Part shown: positions 1-14,582 of the stretch, one piece after another
How the letters are laid out: each line of letters starts with the position of its first letter
Numbering within the stretch: position 1 is the first letter of the stretch
Source of the DNA: Paramecium tetraurelia
Lineage: Eukaryota
DNA: 64,000 nucleotides
Direction: 5' to 3'
Assembly (NCBI GenBank): GCA_000165425.1
Contig: CT868540.1
Coordinates: 186,001 to 250,000 of the forward strand
Made by a program: the position numbers and the translations under genes
The notes under the pieces: generated by a model
The model's database searches: none
What the model saw: only the letters and a program-made list of their open reading frames with translations
Told to the model about the DNA's origin: nothing

Positions 1-336
1 AGTCTTAATATATAACAAATAAGACTTATTATTAGTTTAATAGAAAGCTTCAAAATTGAACTATTATATAATACTATAATAAAGATATTAAATATAAAAA
101 AATAAAATTTTATTTTTGAAGTCATCTGTAAATATTTATAGTATAGCAATGTAGGTTTGTTAATTATTAATGACCCTTTATCCTCTAGATTTTTGAACTA
201 TTATAAATTTTATATATATCATTCATCTCAACAAGATAAATAAACTGAAATATATATTTTCACAATAAACGCAATTCACTTTTAAGTTGAAATCACAAAA
301 TTTCTAATAAATAATAAAAACAATTCATAATTATCT

Positions 337-785
337 ATGAATTTCTACTCGATAGATTTTGAAGACTAATATTAATAAGGTACTCCTTTTTATAATTTCT
401 AGAATTAGTTGAAGAACCATTAGCAGAATCATCACAATAATAAATGTACTTCGATTATGATCAAAGTATACAACACGAACCAGAGTAACTAATAACTTTT
501 GATGGGTATTTATAAGAGGAGCCTGTCCTTTTATTTAATTTTGCTGAGGAAGCTCCAAAAAAAAAATCTAAACTAATTAACAGAAAATCAAAAAAAGTAA
601 AAAAGGCTGATTCTGAAACAGATGTTTCATAAGGCAAAAGATCAAAACCTCGTATCACAAACAGTGACTTTTTGAAACTTTAACAATGTTAAAGACTAAA
701 AACAATCATCACTTAGATGGAGTCTCTTCTTAAGCAAACAAGAACTTAAATTCTGAACCAATACATTAAAAATCACTCTTAATGA
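337..785 (+). CDS. Small hypothetical protein (~140 aa) with a basic Lys-rich patch
   Basis: ATG at 337, 23-nt GT..AG intron at 380-402, open in ciliate code to TGA 783-785. Contains KKKSKLINRKSKKVKK. No family recognised. Confidence 0.7.
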
Positions 786-1346
786 GTTCTTTCTTGATTA
801 TTTTATATCGAGTTATATATCTATTCAATTATTAACAAAATACTCTACATTTAATTTGATATAACTCCTAAATTGAAAAAATCCTAAAAATAATTAACAC
901 CTAAACTTCAATATATTAGTTGAAATTTGAAATTGAAGTAAAACTGCAATGCAAACTTCTAGAAAATATCATTTATTTTTGAATTTTGGTTTTTTTATAG
1001 TATTCAAAAAAAATATAAACTACTGTGTTAACAGTAGTGATAAGTTGTGTTTCTATTTTTTAATAATTGTGTATAAAAAAATTAAAGAATGTAAATATTC
1101 ACAAAAATTAACAATATTGTGAAGTTAGGGTTGTTAAGTTTTATATTGAAATGTCTTATAAAAATAGAATTTTATGTACACTTTTGAACTCCCATCAATT
1201 TTTCGATCAAATTAGTTCACAACGTCAGGTTCATTTAGTTGTAATATCTAAAATTTTAATTTAAAAGAGATTCTGATATATAGAACAAATTTTTGATATG
1301 AATTATTATAATTTGAAAGCAAATAAAATATAAAAATTATTAAATT

Positions 1347-2880
1347 ATGAGTGAAAAAATTGATACTAATATTTTAAAGAAATATGAAATAATGAATAAG
1401 ATAGGAAAAGGTGCATACGGAATAGTTTGGAAGGCAAGAGATATAAAATCTCAGCGTATAGTTGCTTTAAAGAAAGTGTTTGATGCTTTTAGTAATCCAA
1501 CTGATGCCTAACGAACGTATAGAGAAGTATAAATAAATATTTTATTCTAGGTTAGCTTTTTAAAGCAACTAAATCATCCTAATATAATTCAATTAATTGA
1601 TACATTTCCTGCAGAAAATCAAAATGACATTTATTTGATTTTTGAATATATGGAAACTGATCTTCACGTTGCCATTCGAGCCAAAATCTTACAACCACTT
1701 CACAGAAGATATATCATATATTAGTTATTTAAAGCTCTGAAGTATATTCATTCTTCAGGGATGATACACAGGTATTAATTCTATTTTATAACTATATAGA
1801 GATTTAAAGCCTGCAAACATTTTATTAGACTCAGAATGCAAAATAAAATTAGCAGATTTTGGATTAGCCAGAATGGTTTGCACATTAGAATCAGATATAT
1901 TAACAGATTATGTGGCGACGAGATGGTTCAGAGCCCCTGAAATTTTGTTAGGATCAAAATCATATTCATTTGGAGTTGATATGTGGTCTATTGGTTGTAT
2001 GATTGGAGAAATGATACTTGGGAAGGCCTTGTTCTCAGGAATTTCTACAATAAATCAATTGGAAAAAATAATTGAAGTTTTAGGCATACCAACACCTGAA
2101 GAAATTTAGAGTTTAGGAGGTTAAAATTAATTATTTGATAAATATCCTAGAAATTATAAGTCTAATTTGAAAGTAATTTTGAATTGTGATGATGATGAGT
2201 TAGATCTCATAAAAAAACTGTTAGTCTATGATCCAAACAAGAGAATTTGTGTATAAGATGCTTTAAAGCATCCTTATCTTAAGGAATTTTATAATCCAAA
2301 AGAGGAAATCACATTTAAAGGATAATTAATGCTAAAACTACAAGATGATAAACAGTATCCAGTCTCTTAATATAGAGACTTATTATATAAATAAAATTTA
2401 GATTTGAACAAAATTTTAACTCTAGTTAATAAATAAAAATCTCTTATATAAAACCTTTAGAGCAATCGATCGGATGCCTTAAAAAAATAGTAAAGTTAAT
2501 AGTAGTTCTTAAATCAATAATTTGCTAAAAGTGCCTTTATGAAGAGCAATTCAACGGTCAATATAGAAAAAAGCGTTAATAAAACAGCTACAGCAACATT
2601 ACATAATAGTAATTCAAAGCAACCTCAAAATAGTAATACAAATTCTTCAACTTAAATTAAGAACAAATTGAAATAAATTTGTTTATAATCTGCTGATAAA
2701 TGTGAAATTGTAGTCCAAAAAAAATCTCCAAATTCTAAAATATTGCCATAACCAAAACTTATCTAATCTAACTCGAAACAATAAATTTTGAATAATGTTA
2801 CCAATACATCCATTAGTCCATCATAATCATAATAGCGACTATAGATTATCAGGCAACAACATCAATAAATATAAAAATGA
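1347..2880 (+). CDS. MAP kinase, ERK7/8 (MAPK15)-like, with low-complexity C-terminal tail
   Basis: GKGAYGIVWKA, VALKKVFDAFSNPTDAQRTYRE (ERK7-type signature), HRDLKPANIL split by a tiny intron, DFG, TDY activation motif (LTDYVATRWFRAPE). Two ~25-nt introns. Confidence 0.93.
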
Positions 2881-2930
2881 AAATATTATTTATTCTTTAT
2901 AAATCACTATTATAACAGTCTATAAATATT

Positions 2931-3742
2931 TCAAGAATATTATTCTTTCTCCATTCTCTCTATTACTTATTCTTCTAATGAATGGATCATTTATATAGCA
3001 TTCTTATACTCTGATTTAACTTGGTGCAATTCAACAATTTTATCTTACAACTCTTTGTTCAATCTCTCTACAAGTCCAAAATCAGACTAGAATAAATTAA
3101 ATTGCTTACTTAATATTATGAAGAGCTTTGAAGCTTTTAAAGCAACTCTTTATTCTTTATCTACTCATATTCAAGTTGCTTCTTTAATTAAGTTATTTAA
3201 GTTGAGTAGGTCAATCTTTCTGCCTCTATATCAACTCCAGAAGACTTTAACGTGGCTCTCTTTAATTAAGCTAGCTCTCGTTTCAAATCTTCAATCTATT
3301 GTTACCTAATTTTGCTATTAGCACTAGCTGAATATTGTTGTAATTTAGATTCAAATGAACTAATTAATTATTACTTTTCTTATTGTAGGTATGATATTTC
3401 ACTCCTCAATTTCTAGTTTTCAATTTATACCTCTTTATATAAGTCATTTACTCTATTTACTTAATTATCTTAATCTGTAGTCTTTTATTGTTCATTATGT
3501 AGTCTAACATTGCTTATATTTAATCTTTCATTTTAAATTTATAATTCCTTTATTTCCTACATTAATCTAACTTAAGTTTTTGTTGATTCCTATAATTAAG
3601 TTTACAAAGATGAATTTTATGATTTAATCAAGCTAAGTTCGTATAAAATTTATCTATATTAGTCATCAAATTGATTGTTCTACTCATATTAAGTTTAAAC
3701 TATTTAAGTTTATTATTATTATGGTTGTTGTTATTATTGCTA

Positions 3743-3777
<35 letters not shown>

Positions 3778-6700
3778 TTTGTTAGTATTATTATTATTAT
3801 TGTTATTATTATTGTAATTCTTAAGCATGCTCTAAATCTTCAACTGCATATTTTAATTTTTATTCTAATTCTAATTCTTTAATTTTTGATTATTTCAGTT
3901 AATTTTAAAGTTAATATATTTAATTCTATTAAATATTGATTTCATTTTGTAAAATTTCAATCTATTATTAATATTCTTCAATATTTACTTCATTATCAAC
4001 TTATCCAGATTACAAATTAATTTCTTGATCATTTATTGATTATTTTATCAAGTTATTTTTTTCTTATAATCTCTTAATCTCAATTCTCAAAGATTATATT
4101 TCTTATTAATAATCAAAGTTTTCGGTTTCTAATTGCTTTAAATACTCATTTTATTTATTATTAGATTTTTAATCTTGATTTTTCTTACTCTCAACGTATT
4201 ATTTCAGCTTTTATCTTAATTACTCAATTTCATTCTCTTAATTTTTAATCTTTAAATTCAATTGTTCAATAACTCTTTCTGAATTCAAATTATTCTAATT
4301 TAAATCACTTTTTTAACTAAAAGTAATCTCTGTTTGAATTCGTTGATAATCAGTTTAAATTTAATATAACTAAGTACTAAGTAATTCATTATTTATTCTT
4401 AATTACTCAATTAATTTTTCATTCTAACCTTATTTGATATTTGAATTAGAAATTTATTCTTATAGCTCTTCATATTTAGATTTCCAATTCACAACATCAA
4501 TTTAAACAGTAGTTTCCTCCACTTATTTATTTAAATTAGGACTATACATATATGCTTTTGAGTATTTGTCTTTTAGTAATTCTTCATATTTTGATTACCA
4601 AAGACTGACTTATTTCTTTAGTTCATCCTACGTATTTGTTTGACTAATTTCAGGAGTAGTCAATAAGTCAGCTTTTGATTTAACAGCTCTTAGAGGAGTG
4701 AAATAATTTTGTCCATTCTAATTTTTAGTATAAAGAGAACAGTTGTAATATTTGCCTCTTAAATCGTCAGTCGAATGAAAAGAAATATCTGATCTATTTA
4801 AACTTTTACTTGCTTATTTAGGCTTTGGAGAATTCACAGTTTGATGGGCTTGATTGATTTCTATTTTTTAAGGAATTTATTCTGATTATCTCTTTATTTC
4901 TTATTGATCTAAGAGTTATTATTTCATACTCTTATTTTAGTTTTATAGGGCAGAAATTTCTGATTGATATTATAATTATAGCTTTTATTTTTCATTTCCA
5001 TAAGTCATCAGTTCCTATTGTAATTTTCTAATCAAATTTTAGTTATCAATAAGTTTATTATTCAATTTCTTATTTTCAGCATTTATTTATTCTAATTCGA
5101 ACTATTTATTAATTAATTATTATTCAAGTTTTCCTTAATCCAAAGAAGATGATAATTAATAATTTTCTTTGAGTTGAATTTAAACTTGCTCTTAACCTTT
5201 TAATTTTTAGATTAATTCATCGTTTTATAAATTTAATTAAGTAATCTAATGTTTCAAGTTCTCTATGATTAATTTTAGATCTTGAATTTCTTTTTCCTAG
5301 TCTTCAATTATTTTCTTCAAATTATTGTTTTCTTCTCTATATTATTTAATTTATAAATTTAAAGTATCAACTGATTCTTAAAGATTAATCAATTATTCAT
5401 TATGAATCCTTGATTGATTTTCTGGTTCACTTAATTAAGGTGCTTTATTTAATTAAGAATTTAAATTTTGATAATTAGTTTTTAAGTTTTAGAGCTCTTT
5501 TTCTTTTTCTTCATAAATTATTTAAATATTTTATAACTATTATTAGAATTAAGCAATTATTTTGTTTTGTTATTCAATTTATTGATCTAAATCTTCATTT
5601 CTTTTTTATAATGACTTTAGTTTATTTGCTTCTGTTGAATTTTAGTTATTTTATTATAATTAATCCTAAAATGAGGCTCTAGATATAGTAAGCTCATTTT
5701 GTAGATGTTTGATTTATTCTGCTAACATTTAGTTTTCCTTTAGGAGATTTTAATCATCATTGGTTTGAATTTCTTTGGATTCTTTCAATTGCTAGATGGT
5801 TAATTTATATTATTGTATTCTGAATTCATAATCATTTGTTATTTATTCAATTTACTTTTTGTATAGTTACTATTGTTTTTGCAATTCTTATTATAGAAAT
5901 AGTTTTTCATCCTTTAGTTTTCTAATTTCAGCAGACTGATCATTTGAGACAGTATTTATCGTTGTCTCTTCAGTTATAGTAGTTTTTTGATAGTTTTCTT
6001 CATCATTTTGATTTATTTTATTATTTAAATCTTAAATCTACAATTATTACAATCTAAACTTCTAAATGTAATCAGCCTCTAAATTTTATAACTATTTCCT
6101 TAGAGAATTGTTATCATCTATTAGTTGATTAACTTATTTGATTAAAGCTGGGTCTTAAACCTATTCCTTAATTATTGTTGTTTCTTTAATCATAGTAGAT
6201 TCAGGATTATTTTATTACTTAAGTTCAGATAAGATTTATTCATAATGAATAATTCTAAGATTTAATTCATTTTTCTAATTTTGTTCATCTACTAACTCAT
6301 CTCTATACTAGAATGCCTGAGATTTAGCTTATATTAATTCTTCCTAAATCTATTTATACTATAACTAAGTAATCTCAAATTATGACTTTAATTTTTTCAA
6401 TTCAAATTCCAACTCTTGGCTCATGTCATTTTGACGATTCATTTATAGTTATTACAATTATCTCTACAATGCTTCAATCTGTCGTTACTATTAGTTATTT
6501 TCATTTAATAATTTTTATTCAAGATCTTATAATTATTTAATTTATTTTTCTAATTAAACTTTTTCTAGCTCAGTTTACTACTCTAATAAGTTATAATCAC
6601 TTGCCATTTAATTCATTCTTAATTGTAATTAATTAGCTTATTATTTATATTTCGTAATTTCTTCTTCATTTTTCTTTAACGGAGAGGCAGATTAATAAAT

Positions 6701-9700
6701 GATTGTTTCCTTGATTGGTGTATTCTACAACTCTTATTCCAATAATTGTATTTAATTTTTCAAATTAAAATTCTCTTCAATTATTTATTTATTGAGATTG
6801 TTTTACAATTAATTTGATAGTTCTTAATTTTTAGTTGTTAATCTATTAATTTCATCCTAATATCTACTCCTCTCGGTTTCGAATTTCTTCTATAAATCCT
6901 AGATTTGCTACTACAATTATTTAGTCAGATCTTCTTTTTTCTTAATGTTATCTTACTACTATTAGTATTAAGTAATTGTTACTACTGTTTATTCAGATTA
7001 ATTAGTAACATTATGATATTCTTTTGTGAGCTTTTATAGCTCTCCTTATTATTTGTAATATTCTTCTTACAAAGCCCTTATCATTTTTTCATATTGATCA
7101 ATCTTCAACAAGAGCTCTTCATTTTCCTGAATTAGATGAGTATTTTATATTTATGGGAATATTTGAGCTTTTGGTGGTGTTGATGAATCAAACTTTTCCT
7201 TTTCATTAATTTTTCTGATAAGTTCTTCAATTTGAATTTCATATTGTTGTTTTATCTTTTAATTTTATAGATTTTCATCAGAAATCTTTTTTTAAAGAGA
7301 CTAAACTAATTGATCATTATTGAAAGCAGCTCTCTAATATTTTTCTGTTTCTTTAATTTATTGTTCTAATTTTTAAGTTAAATCTTAAATTTAATCTTCA
7401 GAATCATAAGCTGCTGATCTTATTTCTATAACATTGATTTCACTTTATTATTGAATGGTTTGATTTTATGATGTTAATAAAGATAATTATTACTTTAAGT
7501 TTTAATTTTAACATTCTAAATCTCCCTACATCACATTCATTTGTTAGATTTATAAATTTAATCTATCAATTTCTTTATTTAACTTTTGAGTATTGATATT
7601 TAAGTGATCTATTTGGGTAGTATAGCTTGTGATTTATTATTAAAACAAATTATGCTCATCTTTACTATTTTACTAGTTGAATCCTAATTTATTTATTTCC
7701 ATCTATAGTTATTAAATTTGGCTATTTAATTTTAGTATCTAATCATGGAGAGTCTATTTATCTTGATTGAGTTATTATATCACCTACTCTGAGTGAGATT
7801 AACTCTTCTAAAGAAATTCCCTCTCTCTTCTTTCAGATTATAATAAATTTTAAGCATTAAGTATCTCATCCTAGAGTTTTCTATTTAGCATGTTTTAATT
7901 CTCAAGATCTCTACTGAAACTGATTCTTAATTCTGCTATTTATTATTCATGATCCTAAATATTCTTTTCCATTCTTTATCTCATCAATATCATTTCATTA
8001 TTTTGAGATTGTCTCTCTTATTGTAAAATTACAGTTTATTAAGTTAATGTAGTCATTTTAGAAATTTATTCCATTTAATTACCCTACTTAGATCTAAGAT
8101 TCATTAATTCTAATTCATTTTGAGTATTTTAATTAGATAATTCACTGATTCTAACATTAAGTATCTTTATTTCTTCATCTCCTCTTTATTTACTTAGTAA
8201 TAGTATATCTCTCTCTTTTGATAATTTCAAATTTTAATTTTCTAGTTGATTTAATTAAATTTTGTATTCTTCAGTTTAATCTGATTTAATTATATGTTAG
8301 AAATCAGCAACTTGCTTTTCTAATTACAGAATTCTCATTGAAGAGTTTTCCTTTTATTCTTTTTCAAAGAGTAGTTGCTTTTCTAAATTTATAACATTTT
8401 AAGATGTCATCGTATTCATAGTGGACATTTATATTTCATAATTAGATCTCACTTTTATAATTTAACTCGAGAGATCCTCATTCTATAACTTAAGTTATTC
8501 AATCTAAAATTTGAGATTGTTTACTATTTTTTCATTTTCTTATGTAGATTTCACCTAATTCACTTAGTAATTATTTTCTATTGTTATGAATTATTATTAG
8601 ATTTAAATATTATTTTCTCTTTCCTTCTATAATTACTACTCTAATTGCTTTAGTTTTTATTATAAATCAATATTTTCCTGTTCTAATTAATGAGTTTATT
8701 GTTAATAATCATTTTAGATTAAAATTTTAGTACTCTAAATTTCTTTTGTTATTTTAATGTTATTTTATTTTTCTGCTTGCAATTATTATTCTAATGTAAA
8801 TATCTTTTATTAAAGATTAGATATTTAATCGTTTAATTCATTAATTCTTAACTAGTCTTATTACAATTACTTTTTCAAATTATCGACTTGAATTTGGTTC
8901 AGTGACTAGACTTATTTGGAAGTAGAGGCATTTTATACCTATACATCTTTTACTTAATTTTCCAATTATTGTATAACTTAGATCTTAGTATTAAGAATTG
9001 TTTAAACTTCTTTTAATTATTGTTCTTTCTCAATCAACTATTATCTTAAAGTATTGGTTTGATTCTAAATTTCTCCATTTTATGTTTTTTGCATACAGAA
9101 GTCTCTTTAAAAGTTTTCTTACTATTTCTTAAGGATTTAGCATTATTCTTATTCTAGTAATAATTAAGATTAAAGTTAATTAACCTTTTCCTTTAATTAT
9201 TTAGATGTTTCATTCATCTACTATTATAGTTAAGTGATTTTTTGCTAATATTGATTAATTTCTTTGGATTGAGCCGATTTCGATTATGTAGATTCTTTTT
9301 GTAACTAATCGTACTTTTATTTAAATTGAATGTACTCCTAATTTAATTCAGCATATTTTTAAGTTTATTGTTGTAATTGTTTTTCATAATTAGTTAAATT
9401 TTCGCTGGATTAGGAAAGTTTACTCATGTATTGCATTTGAGTATCTTTCTAGGTTTTTAATTTGGCTAATAATTCAGCATTTTGTTTCTACAGCTCATTT
9501 AATTATTTTTGGAGATCATCCTTTATTTCCTCGTTTTGGGGTGGTTTTTTATTTTTATCATCTTAATTCTACTACTTTAATTGATTTATTTCCTCTCTTT
9601 ACTTATCGATTGTTACTTTTTAATCGTTAAACTTTTATTGTAATTGATTGAAATTAACTTTTTATTTCTCAATATTCTGATTATACTCCTTATTTTACAA

Positions 9701-12479
9701 AGATAACTTATTTTCAAAGAGTTGCAATTGCTATAATGCTGCTGTATATTTCTATTAGAATTACTTTTACCAATTCAAATCATTTTATTAATAAAGTTCT
9801 TTAAGTTTTTCATTATCTTATTAAGCTTATTCTAAAAGATTCTTTAATCTATCTAATTCTTGTTTTTATTTTCTCAACTCCTCAGCATCCTAAGCTAGAG
9901 CAATTTATTTTTTGTCTTAACTATTTCTGACACTTGTAGGTTGACTTCTTCTTAGACTTTCAGGTTATTATACCAATTGCTTTAGATTTTCCAAATTCTT
10001 AGGTTGTTTGTTTTGGAATTAAGGGTTCTAACTTACTTTATTAACAACACTAGGGTTTTGTGGAACGTTTTAAGGTTTTTATGGTTGCTTTTATAAATTT
10101 TCAGGATTTTGGGGGTTTTTCACTTGATCTTTAGGATTTTTTTATGGTTCTTCCTACTTAGGTTATTCCTACTTTGGCTTAGTTTATTCTGCAGGATTCT
10201 GAGGTTTTGAAATCTATTCTGGTGTTTATTGTTCTTTCTATTATTCATCAGGTTCTTATGGTGCACTACATAGTTCAAATGGTTCAACCTGAGAATTATC
10301 GATTGGTAATTATTATAAGATTTGAGCAGGAAGAGACTTGTTGCTCTGATGTTTAGGTTCCCTTTATTTTTATTTATTTAAAGGTTGTTATTCTTCTCTT
10401 TTGATAGGATTCTTCACTTATGAAAAGGGTTAAGAAGAATTGCTACTTGATATGACTGGCTTTCTGACACTACTAGGAGTCATGAATAAAGTATTTTGAT
10501 TTTATGGTATTGGTTATTGTGGTTGCCTAGTCTTATTTAGATCTTCTGGAGCTTGTGGAGAATATTCATAAGGGTAAGCCAGAACATTGATAGGAGATTT
10601 ATTTTAATCACTTGGGTTTTGTGAATTAACTCCAAATTAAGTAGGTAGGAATTATTAGGATTATTATTAAAATTAAATGTAATTTACTGGTTATTATTAT
10701 TAGATGTAGTAATATTGTTATGGATCTTAATAGAGCTTAAGTGGGTGTTTAGATTAATGGAATTGATTCACATCTTGATATCTGACAGTTTGAGGTGCTT
10801 AAGGGGATAATCTAATTAATTTAGAAATTATAATACTGTTAATATTGTAAAAATTGCACAGGCTAAGGTGAAATACTTCGTTAGATCTGTCTTGGGATTG
10901 TATTTTATAAATGCTATTGTGTAACGATTCTTTGAATTGGGGAACATTTATATTATATTTGATGAGCTTATTGTGGCTAGTTGAAGAATTATGAGGTCAA
11001 TGGCATTAATTGTTATTAGCATTGGAAGTTGTTTGGTGAAAGCTCTCTTTTAGTTTCAGCAGAAAAGGATCGGAATTTAACAATATTGTTGGGAATTTAT
11101 AATTAATTTTGAGGCAGTAATCTAACTGATTAATTAGGTTGAATCCTTTATTATAAAATATTGATTGGCTATTTCATAATGATTTATTGAGGAGGTGAGT
11201 AGCCTGAACTTTAAGTTCTATCATTGCCTTGAGTTTTTAAGATGTTATAAATCTATTTTGGGGGAGTTAAATGGACTGGCAATTCTTAACTCTTAATTTG
11301 CAACAAAGTGTTCAACAATTAAATTTAGGTTTCTATATTCTAAACAGTAAGTTAGGGTTGATTTTAAATAAATTAGACTTATAACAATATGTCGTTAAAT
11401 TAATTAGAGTGATTTTACACCGATTTCCTAGAGTATCTTGGAGAGAATTAAAATTAAGGATAAAGAATTTAAGGAACCTATAAATGTATTGAACTTCCTG
11501 ATCCTACAGATTGAGGTCTTCTTAGAATTCTATAACTCAATAATGATGTGTTTGTGAAGTCAGTAGGAATGATCGATTATTAATATCTTCTAGGTGTTTT
11601 TGTGTTCTATAAGTCATGTAATATGGGAGCTGTGCATTATGAGTCTCCTTTAAGTGGTGCATACTATGGCTAGGTAGTCTGGTTGGATGGTTGAGATTAA
11701 ATGTCTGCTAATCTCTTTTTTAAATGTTCATTGTCAAACAACAGCATATTCAATTTCTCATTTAAAAACTTAAGCTCTTAATTTAATCTTTAATTCTCAT
11801 GGTATACATTCACTTATTATGAGCTGTATTACCATTGTAGTAACTCTCTCTCCTTCTATTCCAAAAGCTAATTAATTATGTTTAGTTGAGGGGCATGTTA
11901 AACAATATGTGGTTATTGTGTTTTCAATAATTAGATTTCTTGATTTTTCTCATGAATTAACTTAGCATACCATTACTCTAAATTATACAATTTTTATCTC
12001 AAAGATGGAGCATCTTCAAACTATTATTTTAAAATCTAATTTTCCTTTTATAATTCTTGGATGTAAATTTCAGCATTTTTGTATTGTTCATTGATTACAA
12101 ACAATTGTTAACTTATTAAGAGGTTCATTTCCTATTGAGACCTAAGTATGATGTGTATTAATTACTTTTCTTGCAAGATTTAAGTAATAAGGGCATTCTT
12201 CTATAGAATTTGTTGATTTAATTCAGTAATAGTCTATGCTTATTTGGCGATTTACTCTTTGTCTTGGATTTCTAGTAAATATTAATTTGGAATACCTCTA
12301 TCGATCAAATCTTGCATCTTTTTTTCATAGTAGTCCTTCTTTGACAATAATATTTTGTGTAGTCTCTCGATCTCTGTAGCCATTAAAATAATATTCATCT
12401 TTTATTCCAAACTTTATTGCGAGAGCTATTTGTGTTCATTTTCAAACAGAATGGGTTACGTCTCTACAGCACTATTCAT
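2931..12479 (-). CDS. Giant Gln/Glu/Lys-rich coiled-coil protein (~3,100 aa) with Pro/Gln-rich N-proximal region and polyQ tract
   Basis: Starts MNSAVETQPILFENEH..LMATEIERL with tiny introns near 12.28 and 12.15 kb. Sampled stretches are open in ciliate code. Ends ..VIERMEKEQYS-TGA at 2931. Frame was spot-checked, not verified end to end. Confidence 0.75.
3710..3820 (-). repeat. (TAA/CAA/TAG)n tract encoding poly-Gln inside the giant gene
   Basis: tta/ttg/cta triplet run on the + strand, in frame with the surrounding coiled coil. Confidence 0.8.
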
Positions 12480-12612
12480 TGTAGGGAGTATAAATAAAAA
12501 TAATTAATAAATTTAAGTAAACTCATTTCAGTGGTTAAGAAGTAAAAAATACGAATTTCTCATTAATTTATCAAAAATTAGTAAATTTATTTATGTATAT
12601 ATATATGATATT

Positions 12613-14145
12613 TCACATAATTTAAACTAAAATGTTATTCTCCCAGTGTCCAACTATTATTTAGCCATTTATTAGCAAAATTCCATAGCCATTGACTTTG
12701 CCATCCTTAAAGCTCCTAAGAAATTTATCGATTCATAATTACCCTTATAACACAGCACCATTTTAAAACACCAAATGCCCTTTACCATGCATCATTTTAT
12801 TTTTTCCTTCTCCTGTATATGACTTATAGATTTACATCAAATTCGATAAATCATTAGGGTCCATGATATTTTCATCCTGGACAATTGGATTTTGCAAGAC
12901 TATTTTTTCAAAAATATCCTAACAAGACTTTTGTCTTTACTTTTATTTATTCTAAGGAATTTCCCTAAGAATCGACCCACTTGAATCAATCGAATTTTTC
13001 CTCGAATGCTTGCCTTTCAACAACATTAACAAACCCGAAGAGACATCCTCCTTCTCTTTTGGAGGAGTAGATTAACTACTTGATATTTTATTTTAACTAG
13101 GTCTTTTAGACTTTCTGCATTCATTCTCTTTAATCAATTGTCGAGATTTAATTAAACAACTCTCCAACATATTCAATAGTTTATTTTTATCACAGACTGT
13201 CTCATTCTCTTATACTATACTCTCCTCCTCACTTTCCTCTGGAATTGGTTGTATTTGTGGATGAATCTGCTATTACTACATATCCTGGATTCTTATGTTT
13301 TATTCAATAATGCTTTCCCAAGTCCTTTCTTAGGGATCTATAGTGAGCATGATTTAAACTAAAGTAATCAATTCTTAAGAATAATATTCCTTGGCTGCAT
13401 CGAAATTATCTTAGAGTAATTGATAATCAATGTATAATTTATTGTTATCATCTATAAAATAAAAATCGTAGCCCGATTTTAAAGTCATAGCTTCTAGAAA
13501 TACAATCCCCAAAGCCCAAATATCTGCCTCAATTGTTTCATATTTCTATTTCCATCCTTGAAATTCATTAATAATTTCAGGTGACCAATAGCCGTACTCC
13601 TCATTATCTGGAACATGAGAGTAGTTCCTCTTGAATTACTAGGTTACTGCAAAATGATCAGCTAATTTAACTTGGGAATCCTAACTAAACACTATTGAGT
13701 TTGGACCAATACAAGTGTGAGACAATCCAAACTAGTTTAATAATAATGTTTTACATCATGAAATGATTTCATAGCCGATAGACATGCTTGAAATGTATTA
13801 TACAGTTCTTCTTCAGACCAATATTAATTAGTGTTTCTACGCTTTGACAATTCCTCTTCAAAATTTTTGAGGTATTATTCATATAATAGGCATAATCTGG
13901 ATGTTATGACATAATCGGTAAGTTATAGCAAATTTGAAGAATCTAATTACCTTCTGTTTTCTAAAATCTCTATCAATTAAGAGTTTGGAAGTATTTGTTT
14001 TTTCCCAATAAATTTTGGTATTTCATATTCCTTATAAACATATAATTGGCTGTTTGATTTATGCTAGAGAATAATGTAATCCGAATTTTCGTCAACCTAT
14101 ATGTATTCATAAAAATTGTACTAGATTGTATTAAGAGAGATCCAT
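12613..14145 (-). CDS. Pseudokinase-domain protein with C-terminal MORN repeats
   Basis: Kinase fold motifs (WSEEEL, YWSPE, ADIWALGIVFLEA) but HTCIGPNSI and DHF in place of HRDxKxxN and DFG. C-terminus has YTGEGKNKMMHGKG, GSFKDGKVNGYG, GHWENN. Tiny introns. Confidence 0.8.
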
Positions 14146-14582
14146 ATGGCGATTTAACAGTAAAAATATAATTATATAATTTTAACTATTTATATATTGA
14201 TTCTCTATAACGATGAGTATTTTAGCAATCTTATTTTGAGAAACGCATCTATGATCAATATAATCTTATAGTTTATAAAATTAGATTTTTGAATGTCAAA
14301 ATGAAAATTAAGGTAGAACTTATATAATTTCAAATCAAAATTGTTGATCTTAATAACTAATCAGTTCTTCAATCAAGCGTTGTTATTTATGTATTGAATA
14401 ACGCGCTCTGGAGATATATATTTTGTAATATAATTTATCCTATTAAAGAGGGGATTGGACATATAATTGGAGAAAATTGAAATGAAAAATAAATGGCCAC
14501 TGAAAAGAGTATGCTAAGAACTTTATGGATATAAATTTATATAATTCTTTAATTCTTAAATATCAATAGAATTCGGATTTTC

